Shown here piece by piece: positions 25,994 through 35,652 of a stretch of 64,000 nucleotides of DNA (its first letter is position 1; the number at the start of each line of letters is the position of its first letter). Position numbers and translations under genes: made by a program. This DNA is from a virus, in the IMG/VR virus record IMGVR_UViG_3300026875_000002; one strand, given 5' to 3'. The notes below the pieces were generated by a model that saw nothing but the letters and a program-made list of their open reading frames with translations, was not told the DNA's origin and did not search any database.

Positions 25994-26842
25994 ATGTCTA
26001 ATGAAATCTATGATAAATTTACTAAATCATTATCTAATTTTATCCAAACAAATCAGGAACTTAATCCACCGATTATTCTTGGTTATATTACCGCTGTAAG
26101 TGGTAATCGTAAATTTGCAGATGTACAGATAACCGCAGGTAGTGCTACTGGTGTTCTTTCAAGTGTACCATGTAAAGGTTTTCCTGTTGTTGGAGATACA
26201 GTTACTGTACTGTTTATTGGCAATAATTATGAACAAGCTATATGTGATTGTCCTCGTAGTCTTCCTATTCCTGAGGGGGATTTACGTGAGTATTATAGTG
26301 GGCAATGTTATAATTACTTGGATAATGGTAATTTTGCAAATAAGAGTAAAAGATTTACAGGGGATTTTGAAATATATGAGGGGGAATCATTTACAGAGGA
26401 TAATGAATATTCTTGTTTATTATCTGAATGTGATAAAAATCTTATTTTTACTGTTGATATAAGTGATTGTACCTCTGATTACTTTAAATTCCAGATGAAT
26501 TATAAGGGTCTTGGCCAGTTAAATATCGTCTGTAAAGACACTGATTCAAATAAACTAATCCCCACACTGCCAGTTAATATGAGTCACACAAGTAAAACAT
26601 GGATTGGTACAAATAGATGGGTGTGGAATTATAATAAAGAGGTATACCCACGGAAGTCTGAGGGGACAATACATAAACACATACAATTTACAATAACCAA
26701 TACAAGTAAAAAAGTTACAGATACCAGTATTAATAATGAGAATAGATATGTTGCAATGCTCCTTGATTGTCTTCTTGTATATGATGAAAATGGTGATGAA
26801 AAGTATTATAACTCACTAAGAGATGTGGAGGATAGAATATGA
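25994..26842 (+). CDS. OB-fold baseplate spike-like protein (putative)
   Basis: GYITAVS..ADVQI..VPCKGFPVVGDTVTVLFIGN resembles the gpV/gp5 OB domain. Confidence 0.5.
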   Translation: MSNEIYDKFTKSLSNFIQTNQELNPPIILGYITAVSGNRKFADVQITAGSATGVLSSVPCKGFPVVGDTVTVLFIGNNYEQAICDCPRSLPIPEGDLREYYSGQCYNYLDNGNFANKSKRFTGDFEIYEGESFTEDNEYSCLLSECDKNLIFTVDISDCTSDYFKFQMNYKGLGQLNIVCKDTDSNKLIPTLPVNMSHTSKTWIGTNRWVWNYNKEVYPRKSEGTIHKHIQFTITNTSKKVTDTSINNENRYVAMLLDCLLVYDENGDEKYYNSLRDVEDRI

Positions 26843-29800
26843 GTGGTCAAAATTACAAGTTCACAATAGATATTGATGCAGAAGTCAATGAAAAACCATT
26901 ACAAAAAGCAGTAGTATTACTCAAAGAAATAATGACACTCGGTGATGGAGTAAAAGACAAACTCAAAGGACTTGACACAAAAATCAATATAAACACTACA
27001 AACGCAACAAAAAACGTTGATGACATAATAAATAGTGCGGGTAATGCTCAACAAGCAGTAAAAGGACTGGATGGTCAGGACGTAACACTTGACACAAAAG
27101 GTGCTGTAACAGGTCTGCAAAATGTTGAACATGAAGCAGGTAACGCTCAACAAGCAGTGAACAGTTTCGATGGTGCCAGTCTTGAGGGTCTTGCGACTAG
27201 TGTGAATAATGCTGCGAAAAGTTTTGACACCTTAGCAAGTAAAGCTGAAAATGCTTACAAAAGTACAAGTAAAGTATCACAAAAAAGTGGAAAAAGTAGT
27301 GGTGGTTTTGGCAGTTCCCTTTCTAGTGCAGCCAGTGGGCTTGGTGGTAGTGGAATACTATCTTACCTGGGTCTTGGTACTGCATATGATGCGACTGTGG
27401 GCAATGCAATGACCAAGGAGATTAACCGGGTCACAAGTAGTCAACGTGGTTATCAGATTGATGGTGCTGGAGGTCTTGATGAGATTACTAATAAGAGTCT
27501 TGTGAAGATGAATAATCTTATTCCTGCAATGAATGCTAACCAATCAGCACTTAATGTGAATATGATGCAATATGCTGATACAATAGCTAATGTGGGAAGT
27601 AAAGTAAAAGCACTTGGATACAGTGAAGCTGAAAGTACCAATGCCATGTATGACTTGGCGAAAGGACTTAACGGTGCATTCGCCAGTCTGGACCAATACG
27701 GTATAAGCGAACAGGCCCTGATGAACACAGGCCTATGGTCGGGAAAAGCAGATGATGTTGAGGGATACTTCAAAGCAGTTGACGCTGTAGTAGGAGACAC
27801 CTCCGCCTATATGGATACTCTGAGTGGTGATGTCACAACACTTGGAAAAGTATTCAGTAGTGCAGGGGGACAAATAGGACAAGAATTCAATCCTTTCCTC
27901 AGAAAAGCAGTGCAAGGAGTTACAGACTTACTCAGCAGTACTGATGCAGAAGGGAACAAGTCACCTAACGCGCTTGGGAAAGGATTAATGGGTGCGTTCA
28001 TGGTATTTAGTGCTGTTCAACCTGTCGTGGACGGACTGAATACTGTGAAAAGTACTTTTGACACGATTAAGGATGCTGCTACGGGTGCCGCGGGGGGTGT
28101 GAAAAAAATAATCCAAGGCGCCCAAGACTTGAAGGAAAGTATATCCGAGAAAGGATTAAAAGGTACAATCCTTGATAAGATAAAAGGTAACGATAAAGGA
28201 ATGGATAGTCCCTGCGAGGATAATGACACTTGTATCAAGAATGCTCAGAAAATTGGGAAAGAAAAAAAGAAGAATAATAATCTTGATAAAAAGTCTAAAA
28301 AGACTAAAAATAAGAAAGAAAAAAGTCTGAAAGATAGAATCAAAGATAAATTCTCACGAAATAAGGAAGATAAAGGGCTTGACTCTGAACCAAGCACACA
28401 TACACGAAAAGACAGAAAGCAAAGAGAAGCAGAGAAAGGAGTTCCAGGCTCACCAAAACGAAGGAAATACAATAGAGAACATGGAATTATCGAAGCAGGC
28501 CCAGGGCGTGGGGGTGATTCGAACAGGTATGGTGCGGGGTATACTCCACGCGACCGTGCATTGGGTCGTTCCCCACAAAAACCTCGAAAACCTCGAAAAC
28601 CTCGAAAACCAAAACCAAAATCAAAACCTGAGTCAACTGGGATGGACTGGAATGATAACTGGCTAAACAAATACCAGAATAACAGTACCTCAGGCACATT
28701 CACAGGAGGAGGAGTATTCAACGCAGGGGGTGCTGGGGGCAGTACCTCATCTACTAGGAAAACTGGGAAATCTCTTGATAAAAAATACAATAAAAGCGCT
28801 AAAAAGAAGATTAAGACAAGTCTTGGGGACTGCCCATCTGAATGCCCTCTTGGAAACCTAGGTAAAAGCAAAGGTAAAGGTAAAGGAAAAAGTAAACCTA
28901 CAAAAACGGGTAAATCAACAAGATTATCCACATCGTTAGACCCAGGATTAGGAGGTATCTCTTCAACAAAAGGGAAAACAAAAACCCCCTCACGGGATGT
29001 CAGCAAAAGTTTAAATCCAAAAGCTACAAGTAAAACAGGAGCTAATGCAGGAAAAGGAATACTCAGCAAAATGGGAAGTACCTTCAAATCAAGCGGTGCT
29101 AGTGTATTCAGTAAACTTGGGGGAGGAAAACTAGGTAAAATTGGTGGAACTATTGGAAAAACACTTGCTGGTGGAGCAGGGGGAGGTATTCTTGGAGGAC
29201 TTGGAAAAGTATTTAGTAAAGGAGCCGGGGGTATACTTGGTAAGGGAATAAGTGGTGCTGTTGCAAAAGTTGGAGCAAAACTAGGAGGAAAGTTACTAGT
29301 TGGGGGACTTGTAAGTTGTATTCCTATTATTGGTCAAGTTGTTGATGCATTTCTTCTTCTCACAACAGTATTAGATCTTCTTGGTATTGATTGGTGGACT
29401 CCACTCATGGGGGGACTTCAATCTATTGCTTCAACAGTATCTGGTGTTCTGGGTCCTGCATTTGAATGGATTATGGGAGCTGCTGGTAATACTGTTCAAT
29501 GGTTATCTGATGGTTTCCAACAAATATTACCAACACTTCAACAAGTTGGTTCTATGATTATGGGAGGATTAGGTCAGGCTTTCCAATTCCTTTCAAGTGT
29601 TGCTCAACAAGTATGGCCTACTATTAAAGCTGGTGCTGAAGCAGTTGGTCCAGTACTTCAGAAAATTGCTGAGATTGCTAGTGGTGTTCTTGGTCAAGCT
29701 TTCCAAACACTTTGTGATGTAGCCGGTCGTGTATGGGATGCATTTAGTAAACTTGCTAGTGGAGATATATGGGGTGCTGTAACAAGTGCTATTGATACTA

Positions 29801-31539
29801 TCAAAGCAGGTCTTGAAAAAGTATCGGAAATTATTCAACCTATCATTGATGGATTGAAAGGTATTGGTGAATTTGTAAGTAGTCATCTTCCTGGAGGTGG
29901 TGGTGAACAACAACCTGCAACTACAGAGGGTACACAAGCAACACCACAAGGAGGTATGGATACAAGTGCTATTACTGGTGTTCTCACTCAACTACAAAGT
30001 GCAGGTAGTCAAATACAACAAATTATGCAAGGAGTACTAAGTACTGCTGTGTCTACACTTCAAACTATTGTGGGTACAATTACATCTGCAATTACAACAA
30101 TTATCACAACTATTGGTACAACAATTACTAGTATTATTTCAACTATTGCTGCTAGTATTATGAGTATTATCACAACAATAGGTACTATTATAACTGGGAT
30201 TATTACTACAATTACGGCTAGTATTCAAGCAATTGGTACAACAATTACTAGTATCATCATGACTATTACTGCAAGTATTCAGGCTATTGGTGCTACTATT
30301 AATGGTGTGATTAGTGGTATTGGTGGTGCTATTAGTGGAATTGTTTCTACAATTGGTGCGACTATTATGGGTATTGTTACCAGTATAACATCTAGTATCC
30401 AATCTATTGGTAGTACTATTATTGCAGTGATTGGATCTATCACAAGTAGTGTTACAAGTATTGGAAATACAATCCAAAGTACTGTTACAAGTATTAGTAG
30501 TAGTATTAGTAGTATGGCGGGTACTCTTCCAGGTATGGTTGCTACACTTACTGGGGGTTTTACTACTCTTGCTGCGACTATGGGTGGAGCTCTTCTTGGG
30601 GCTATAGTTACACTTCAAGGAACATTCACATCTGCATTACAAGCAGTTAATGATAAAATTACAACAACAAATAGTTCTTTATCCACCATGCAAGGTACAA
30701 TTACTACTATTGCTAGTATGAGTACTATGATGGCTAACTCATTTGTCACTATGAGTACTGCAGTAGTTGCTGTTAATGCAGGTCTTGCTGCTATTGTTGG
30801 TAGTGTGGGTGCTGTTCAAGGAGCTTTCCAAGGACTTGCAAGTGTGGTTACAGCTGCATTTGCACAAATTGCAGCAGCTGTTAATGCATCACTTACTCAG
30901 GCTATTGCAAGTTTACATGCTTTTTCAAATCAGGCAATTAATATCATGAGAACCACAGCGACAGGTATGGTAAACGCCTTTAAGAGTGGATTCAATGGGA
31001 TTGCAGCTGCGGTGAACGCTGAAATGCAGAGTGCCTATGAAGCTCTCAGTTCCTGGGGAGATAAAATGATTGCTAAAGCAGAAGAAGTAGGGTCAGCAGT
31101 ACAACAAGCATATAACCATGAAGGTCTGGGTAGAAACTCACCTGGACTCATCTATAAAGGAATGTACGCTGAGATGAAAAGTGCTTACGGGGCACTGAAC
31201 GATGCAGAATACCCTATGGTGAAACAAGCAAATCAACTAGGTTCCGCAGTAGCTGACACATTTAACGGTAATGTTGTACCAAATACGTTTGGTAATATTA
31301 CACGTATTCCTGCTAATATTTCACTTCCAACCATACAAAACACGCCACAAAATAGAAATGCTGTACAAAACAATGAAAAATCACGAACAAACGACACAAT
31401 AATAAATAACACATTTAACATAGAAGGAACATTTGAAGATGAAGACAACATGAACAGACTTGTACAAAAAATAGTTGACGCGATGGACTTTGAAAACACA
31501 AGAGCAGGAAGAAAAGTAGGAACAATATATCAATCATAG
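26839..31539 (+). CDS. Tape measure protein
   Basis: 1566 aa; ASLDQYGIS tape-measure motif; amphipathic 11-mer repeats; C-terminal INNTFNI. Confidence 0.9.
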   Translation: MSGQNYKFTIDIDAEVNEKPLQKAVVLLKEIMTLGDGVKDKLKGLDTKININTTNATKNVDDIINSAGNAQQAVKGLDGQDVTLDTKGAVTGLQNVEHEAGNAQQAVNSFDGASLEGLATSVNNAAKSFDTLASKAENAYKSTSKVSQKSGKSSGGFGSSLSSAASGLGGSGILSYLGLGTAYDATVGNAMTKEINRVTSSQRGYQIDGAGGLDEITNKSLVKMNNLIPAMNANQSALNVNMMQYADTIANVGSKVKALGYSEAESTNAMYDLAKGLNGAFASLDQYGISEQALMNTGLWSGKADDVEGYFKAVDAVVGDTSAYMDTLSGDVTTLGKVFSSAGGQIGQEFNPFLRKAVQGVTDLLSSTDAEGNKSPNALGKGLMGAFMVFSAVQPVVDGLNTVKSTFDTIKDAATGAAGGVKKIIQGAQDLKESISEKGLKGTILDKIKGNDKGMDSPCEDNDTCIKNAQKIGKEKKKNNNLDKKSKKTKNKKEKSLKDRIKDKFSRNKEDKGLDSEPSTHTRKDRKQREAEKGVPGSPKRRKYNREHGIIEAGPGRGGDSNRYGAGYTPRDRALGRSPQKPRKPRKPRKPKPKSKPESTGMDWNDNWLNKYQNNSTSGTFTGGGVFNAGGAGGSTSSTRKTGKSLDKKYNKSAKKKIKTSLGDCPSECPLGNLGKSKGKGKGKSKPTKTGKSTRLSTSLDPGLGGISSTKGKTKTPSRDVSKSLNPKATSKTGANAGKGILSKMGSTFKSSGASVFSKLGGGKLGKIGGTIGKTLAGGAGGGILGGLGKVFSKGAGGILGKGISGAVAKVGAKLGGKLLVGGLVSCIPIIGQVVDAFLLLTTVLDLLGIDWWTPLMGGLQSIASTVSGVLGPAFEWIMGAAGNTVQWLSDGFQQILPTLQQVGSMIMGGLGQAFQFLSSVAQQVWPTIKAGAEAVGPVLQKIAEIASGVLGQAFQTLCDVAGRVWDAFSKLASGDIWGAVTSAIDTIKAGLEKVSEIIQPIIDGLKGIGEFVSSHLPGGGGEQQPATTEGTQATPQGGMDTSAITGVLTQLQSAGSQIQQIMQGVLSTAVSTLQTIVGTITSAITTIITTIGTTITSIISTIAASIMSIITTIGTIITGIITTITASIQAIGTTITSIIMTITASIQAIGATINGVISGIGGAISGIVSTIGATIMGIVTSITSSIQSIGSTIIAVIGSITSSVTSIGNTIQSTVTSISSSISSMAGTLPGMVATLTGGFTTLAATMGGALLGAIVTLQGTFTSALQAVNDKITTTNSSLSTMQGTITTIASMSTMMANSFVTMSTAVVAVNAGLAAIVGSVGAVQGAFQGLASVVTAAFAQIAAAVNASLTQAIASLHAFSNQAINIMRTTATGMVNAFKSGFNGIAAAVNAEMQSAYEALSSWGDKMIAKAEEVGSAVQQAYNHEGLGRNSPGLIYKGMYAEMKSAYGALNDAEYPMVKQANQLGSAVADTFNGNVVPNTFGNITRIPANISLPTIQNTPQNRNAVQNNEKSRTNDTIINNTFNIEGTFEDEDNMNRLVQKIVDAMDFENTRAGRKVGTIYQS
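28578..28604 (+). repeat. 9-bp tandem repeat x3 (KPR x3) in tape measure insert
   Basis: AAAACCTCG x3. Confidence 0.9.
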
Positions 31540-31550
31540 AGGAATGACAT

Positions 31551-32393
31551 ATGGCAAAACAAAAAACAAAGATAATTCCAATAAACATTTATTTTAAAAT
31601 AAATGGACACCCCTTCAGAATAGGACTTGATGCAAAAACAACAAGTGATCTTAATATAAAACAAAATAAAATGTTTGTAGCAAAAGAATCATGGGGATAC
31701 ACTGACTTGCAATGGTCCAACTTCACTGGTGAAGAATTACAACTTGACATATACACAAGAATCAGTGAATCCTACACTGGAGATCCAGTACAACCAAGTT
31801 GGGGTGGAGTAAAAAGTTTTTATAATACAACAAGAACACCTCACTCTGTCCTCAAATACTGGGCTCAGGAAGGATGTCCATGCAATGTTCTTACAAACCT
31901 ACAAAGCTATGAAAGTGGAGTATATATGATAACAGAGTTTTCTCAATCCAGTCCAACATATGATATTGTTCATACAGAGTTAACACTACGACAATATGAG
32001 AAACCAGAAAATATAACTCAAACGTACTGGAAACCAGTGGAACCAGGAAAAACAGTTATAAACAATAAAACAGCAAAACTCAGTGGAACAGCACTTGAAA
32101 TAAGTAAACTTGAATTTTGTGAACAAAAATGTAACTGTACAGAAAAAAGTAATCCCCAAGAATGTACAGCAGCTGCAAGTACAAATGTAGCTACGATTCA
32201 GAAATATCTTCGATTATTTGGTTATCTTCCCATCTATTCTCGTACTATTGGCCGTATTGAAATCAGTGGTCGTTTTTGTTATCATACAACTCAGGCAATT
32301 AAACAGTTACAACAGGATTATGGTTTAACTGTTAATGGTAAATTTAATAAAGAAGTAAAGGATGTTTTCAGTAAACTAAGTGGAAGTGTATAA
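31551..32393 (+). CDS. Tail tube initiator-like protein with C-terminal peptidoglycan-binding-1-like domain
   Basis: Follows TMP; VATIQKYLRLFGY..G.F..TTQAIKQLQQDYGLTVNGKF. Confidence 0.65.
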   Translation: MAKQKTKIIPINIYFKINGHPFRIGLDAKTTSDLNIKQNKMFVAKESWGYTDLQWSNFTGEELQLDIYTRISESYTGDPVQPSWGGVKSFYNTTRTPHSVLKYWAQEGCPCNVLTNLQSYESGVYMITEFSQSSPTYDIVHTELTLRQYEKPENITQTYWKPVEPGKTVINNKTAKLSGTALEISKLEFCEQKCNCTEKSNPQECTAAASTNVATIQKYLRLFGYLPIYSRTIGRIEISGRFCYHTTQAIKQLQQDYGLTVNGKFNKEVKDVFSKLSGSV

Positions 32394-32641
32394 TGATGGC
32401 AAAGGATAAAAATAAAAAAAAGGATAAGGATAAAGTAAAAAATTATAGTAATAAATATAATCCATATTGGGATTTTAAAAAAGATGATAAAAAAGAAGAA
32501 TCACCAGATATCCCAGAGTATCATATTTATATAAGTCATCAGAAACTTGGTACAGAAACAGCAGCAGTACCATATGAAGACCAAGGAAAAGATGACACGA
32601 AAAAGAGTAGTTCTTCAGATAATAGTAAAACAAGCACATAA
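32393..32641 (+). CDS. Small charged hypothetical protein
   Basis: TAATG-coupled 82-aa ORF. Confidence 0.55.
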   Translation: MMAKDKNKKKDKDKVKNYSNKYNPYWDFKKDDKKEESPDIPEYHIYISHQKLGTETAAVPYEDQGKDDTKKSSSSDNSKTST

Positions 32642-32654
32642 GAGTTGATTCATA

Positions 32655-34463
32655 ATGGTAAATATTGCATTAGCAATAGATAATATTCATGGAAGCTCAA
32701 AAGATACTGCAACACTTAACACAGTAAAATCAGTACTTGAAAGTGCAGGACATACTGTGACAAGTTATGGAGTAGGACCTAATAAGGTACAGAATGCAAT
32801 GCTTAGAAACTCTGCAGATGTGATGATACAAATAGGAGGAGGAATTTGTTTAGGGACTCTTGTTGATTTCATGGCAGGTATCCGAAAAGGATATTATCAT
32901 GCAAAAAAGGGAGGATTCATGTACTATGACATCACCCGTTTCGATGTTCCATCTTGGAAGGCTGTACGTGCACATGATGATCATTTCAGTAGCCAAGCAA
33001 GTTTACAACCTTACATCGGTAAAACACTAGATAGTATTTACCAACAAAATAGTGATATCATGACATATAGTTATGGTACTGATGCAACAAAAATGGCTCA
33101 AGATTGGCTAACAAAATTTGGTGGGGGTAGTGTCTCTGGTGGTGCTGAAATAGTTGAAGGTTTTATTGAAAGTGGTCGTGGGGGAAACAAAAAAAGCAGT
33201 CCCCAATTTTGGAATCAAGAAAACTATGAACCATACAAAGAAATACCCTTCCAAAACTTCAAAGTAGTAGAAGAATTTCCCAGAACAATGACAGCAGAAT
33301 TTGAAACAATAGAAAATATAGACCTTACACAGGGACGTGTAGCAGTACTGATAACAGGTGATTGCAACCCCTTTGGGGGAATAATAATCTCCAAACAGTA
33401 CAATAGTAAAGAAGGCAACTACACTTATAAATGTCAGGGGTTCATGGAGCGAATCATGGCAAACAGTATTTATGCAGTGTATAATGGAGGAAAAGATGTA
33501 TACACTGTACTTCAAGAAGTACTCGCAGATATAGGATTACCAGATACAGGGTTACTTAAAAAGAAAGAATATGATACAGCAATCACTAAAGAAAACAAGA
33601 AAAAACTAGCATCCGACACAAAACTAACAGAAACAAGTGACATGTATGATAGTGACACAAGTGACACTATCACAGATAATACAAAAAACATCACAGGAAA
33701 AGATAAACTGAACCCTATGACCACAAAAGTAAAAGGAATCTATGATAAACCAACCGTGTACGATTTCATCGCTACACTGCTTTTCAAGTACGGGGTGAAT
33801 ATTGATTTTTATGGGGATATCAATGGTATTCCTCATTTCGATGTTCAAACACTTGACTCGTGGAAAAATGATGTGTGGGTGTTTGCTTCAAAACGTGGCT
33901 TTGAAAATAATTATAAATATGGGTTTGACATCACTAACGCGGTTACACAAGTAGCCGTGAAAAACATCAGCGCTACCAATGGTACTGGTGAAATATACAC
34001 AAGTAAAGAACTGCTCGGAGTGCCCCTTGAGAATTATATAGGGCGTATGGGTATAGTTGTAGATAACCCTACAAGCAGTAGCGGTAATGGAAGTAGTACA
34101 AATCAGAGCCAGAATGGTGAGTATCAAGACAGTACGAGTAAGAAATATACGAGTACACAGATAATTACAACCAATGGGAAACCATCTTGTACAAAATGTA
34201 AGGAGATAAATGGGGGTAAAAAACCAACCTACAAATCATACAAGAAGTACTGGTATAATAAGTGTCCCTCATGTGAGGAAGAAGGAGAATTATCAAGTAC
34301 AAATAAAGGAGATGGAGTAACAGTATGTAATGAATGCAATACAAAATACTGCCAATACTGCGGATATGAACTAAAAAACCATAAATTAAGGTTAACAGAA
34401 CTGTTCAAGACAAGTAGTAATAATAGTACAAATACTACCTCGGAGGATGATGATAATGACTGA
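32655..34463 (+). CDS. Baseplate hub-like protein with extra N-terminal domain and C-terminal 4x CxxC region
   Basis: Central XkdQ/gp27-like segment (FGGIII..YTYKCQGFMERI); Cys cluster. Confidence 0.55.
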   Translation: MVNIALAIDNIHGSSKDTATLNTVKSVLESAGHTVTSYGVGPNKVQNAMLRNSADVMIQIGGGICLGTLVDFMAGIRKGYYHAKKGGFMYYDITRFDVPSWKAVRAHDDHFSSQASLQPYIGKTLDSIYQQNSDIMTYSYGTDATKMAQDWLTKFGGGSVSGGAEIVEGFIESGRGGNKKSSPQFWNQENYEPYKEIPFQNFKVVEEFPRTMTAEFETIENIDLTQGRVAVLITGDCNPFGGIIISKQYNSKEGNYTYKCQGFMERIMANSIYAVYNGGKDVYTVLQEVLADIGLPDTGLLKKKEYDTAITKENKKKLASDTKLTETSDMYDSDTSDTITDNTKNITGKDKLNPMTTKVKGIYDKPTVYDFIATLLFKYGVNIDFYGDINGIPHFDVQTLDSWKNDVWVFASKRGFENNYKYGFDITNAVTQVAVKNISATNGTGEIYTSKELLGVPLENYIGRMGIVVDNPTSSSGNGSSTNQSQNGEYQDSTSKKYTSTQIITTNGKPSCTKCKEINGGKKPTYKSYKKYWYNKCPSCEEEGELSSTNKGDGVTVCNECNTKYCQYCGYELKNHKLRLTELFKTSSNNSTNTTSEDDDND

Positions 34464-35406
34464 AGATACAAGTACAAGTACTGGAACAGTAGCAACACAG
34501 AGCGATGGTACAACAGGTACTACTACTGGAAGTACGGATGGTACTGCTGAGCAAGTTGCGAAGAATGATCCTGAGAAGAATAAGACTCTTGCAGAAATTG
34601 AGATGAGTGAATCACTCCGTGATATGTATGACCTTGAGTTTGAACTGCCTCACACGTTTAAAGGACTACATACGAATCGATTTATATTTATGGAGTTGAA
34701 TGATCAGTTTTATGAGCAGAATTATGCGAAGATTATTGACGCTATTAAGAATAAGAAGTTTGCTCGTTATGCTGGTTTTGAGAAGGGTCGTTTTTTTGTT
34801 GAGCGTCATGAATATGGCGGGGGGATTGATGGGAGTTATACAAAGCTGAAGGTTAATCCCTTGGCTAATAGTTATGGTACCTATATGAAGCAACAGCAAC
34901 AGGCTGAGAAAACTTTGATTCAGGCAATGAACCAAGGAAAAGGAGGAAATAATAGTGGTGGAGGATTAACAAATGTAAGTGGACAAGATTGTGGAGCTGA
35001 TGTGTCCACATGGACTTCACATTCATGGGGACCAGCACAATTTGAAAAAACAGCACAAAAAATAATAGGAAATTCCTCTGCAAATTATGCTACTGATACA
35101 GCTAATATGAGTGCGGAGGAAGCAGTGAAAAGCATCAAACATAGTTATTCCTATTATAATAATAATCTGCATTGCCCTCAAGAATTATGGAAAAGTTATC
35201 CTAATATCGCCTGTAATTGTGCTGATTGGGCACGTCTTGTTAAGTGTATTTGTGATGTGCATGGAGTAAAATGTGCGATACACCACGGTAGCCATCACTA
35301 TTGGAATTATGTATATATTAATAATAAATGGGAATCAGTGGATCTTTGTACAAATAGAAATAACACATGGGATGGACATCTACGAAATACTGCGGGGTGG
35401 CAATGA
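34447..35406 (+). CDS. Tail protein with C-terminal transglutaminase-fold (PeiW/PeiP-like) cysteine peptidase
   Basis: NCADWARL..HYWNYVYINNKWESVD gives a Cys-His-Asp triad. Confidence 0.7.
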   Translation: MMIMTEDTSTSTGTVATQSDGTTGTTTGSTDGTAEQVAKNDPEKNKTLAEIEMSESLRDMYDLEFELPHTFKGLHTNRFIFMELNDQFYEQNYAKIIDAIKNKKFARYAGFEKGRFFVERHEYGGGIDGSYTKLKVNPLANSYGTYMKQQQQAEKTLIQAMNQGKGGNNSGGGLTNVSGQDCGADVSTWTSHSWGPAQFEKTAQKIIGNSSANYATDTANMSAEEAVKSIKHSYSYYNNNLHCPQELWKSYPNIACNCADWARLVKCICDVHGVKCAIHHGSHHYWNYVYINNKWESVDLCTNRNNTWDGHLRNTAGWQ

Positions 35407-35652
35407 ATGATAAGTAATGAACTAAAAAATTTGATAATACCTAACCTGAAATTACATCTTCCTGAAGAAAGATATCAGTATATTGAACAATGTTTTGCGG
35501 AATGTTATATCACAATTGAGGATGGTCAACAAATAGTATCCTTGGCTCCTGTCCTTGATGATGGGCTTTCCCTCCAATTTGATTTTTTGACTGGCACATT
35601 TTTTGATATTGTGAACTGGGAAGAGGTGAAAAAGGAGGGTAAATTGTTATGA
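35407..35652 (+). CDS. Hypothetical protein
   Basis: 81-aa ORF coupled to neighbours. Confidence 0.55.
   Translation: MISNELKNLIIPNLKLHLPEERYQYIEQCFAECYITIEDGQQIVSLAPVLDDGLSLQFDFLTGTFFDIVNWEEVKKEGKLL

Noticed and set aside
28245-30618. Long minus-strand ORFs opposite the tape measure gene (280, 132, 159 aa)
   Set aside because: Shadows of low-complexity sense codons, with implausible composition and no RBS; the same applies to the other minus-strand ORFs except cdc6
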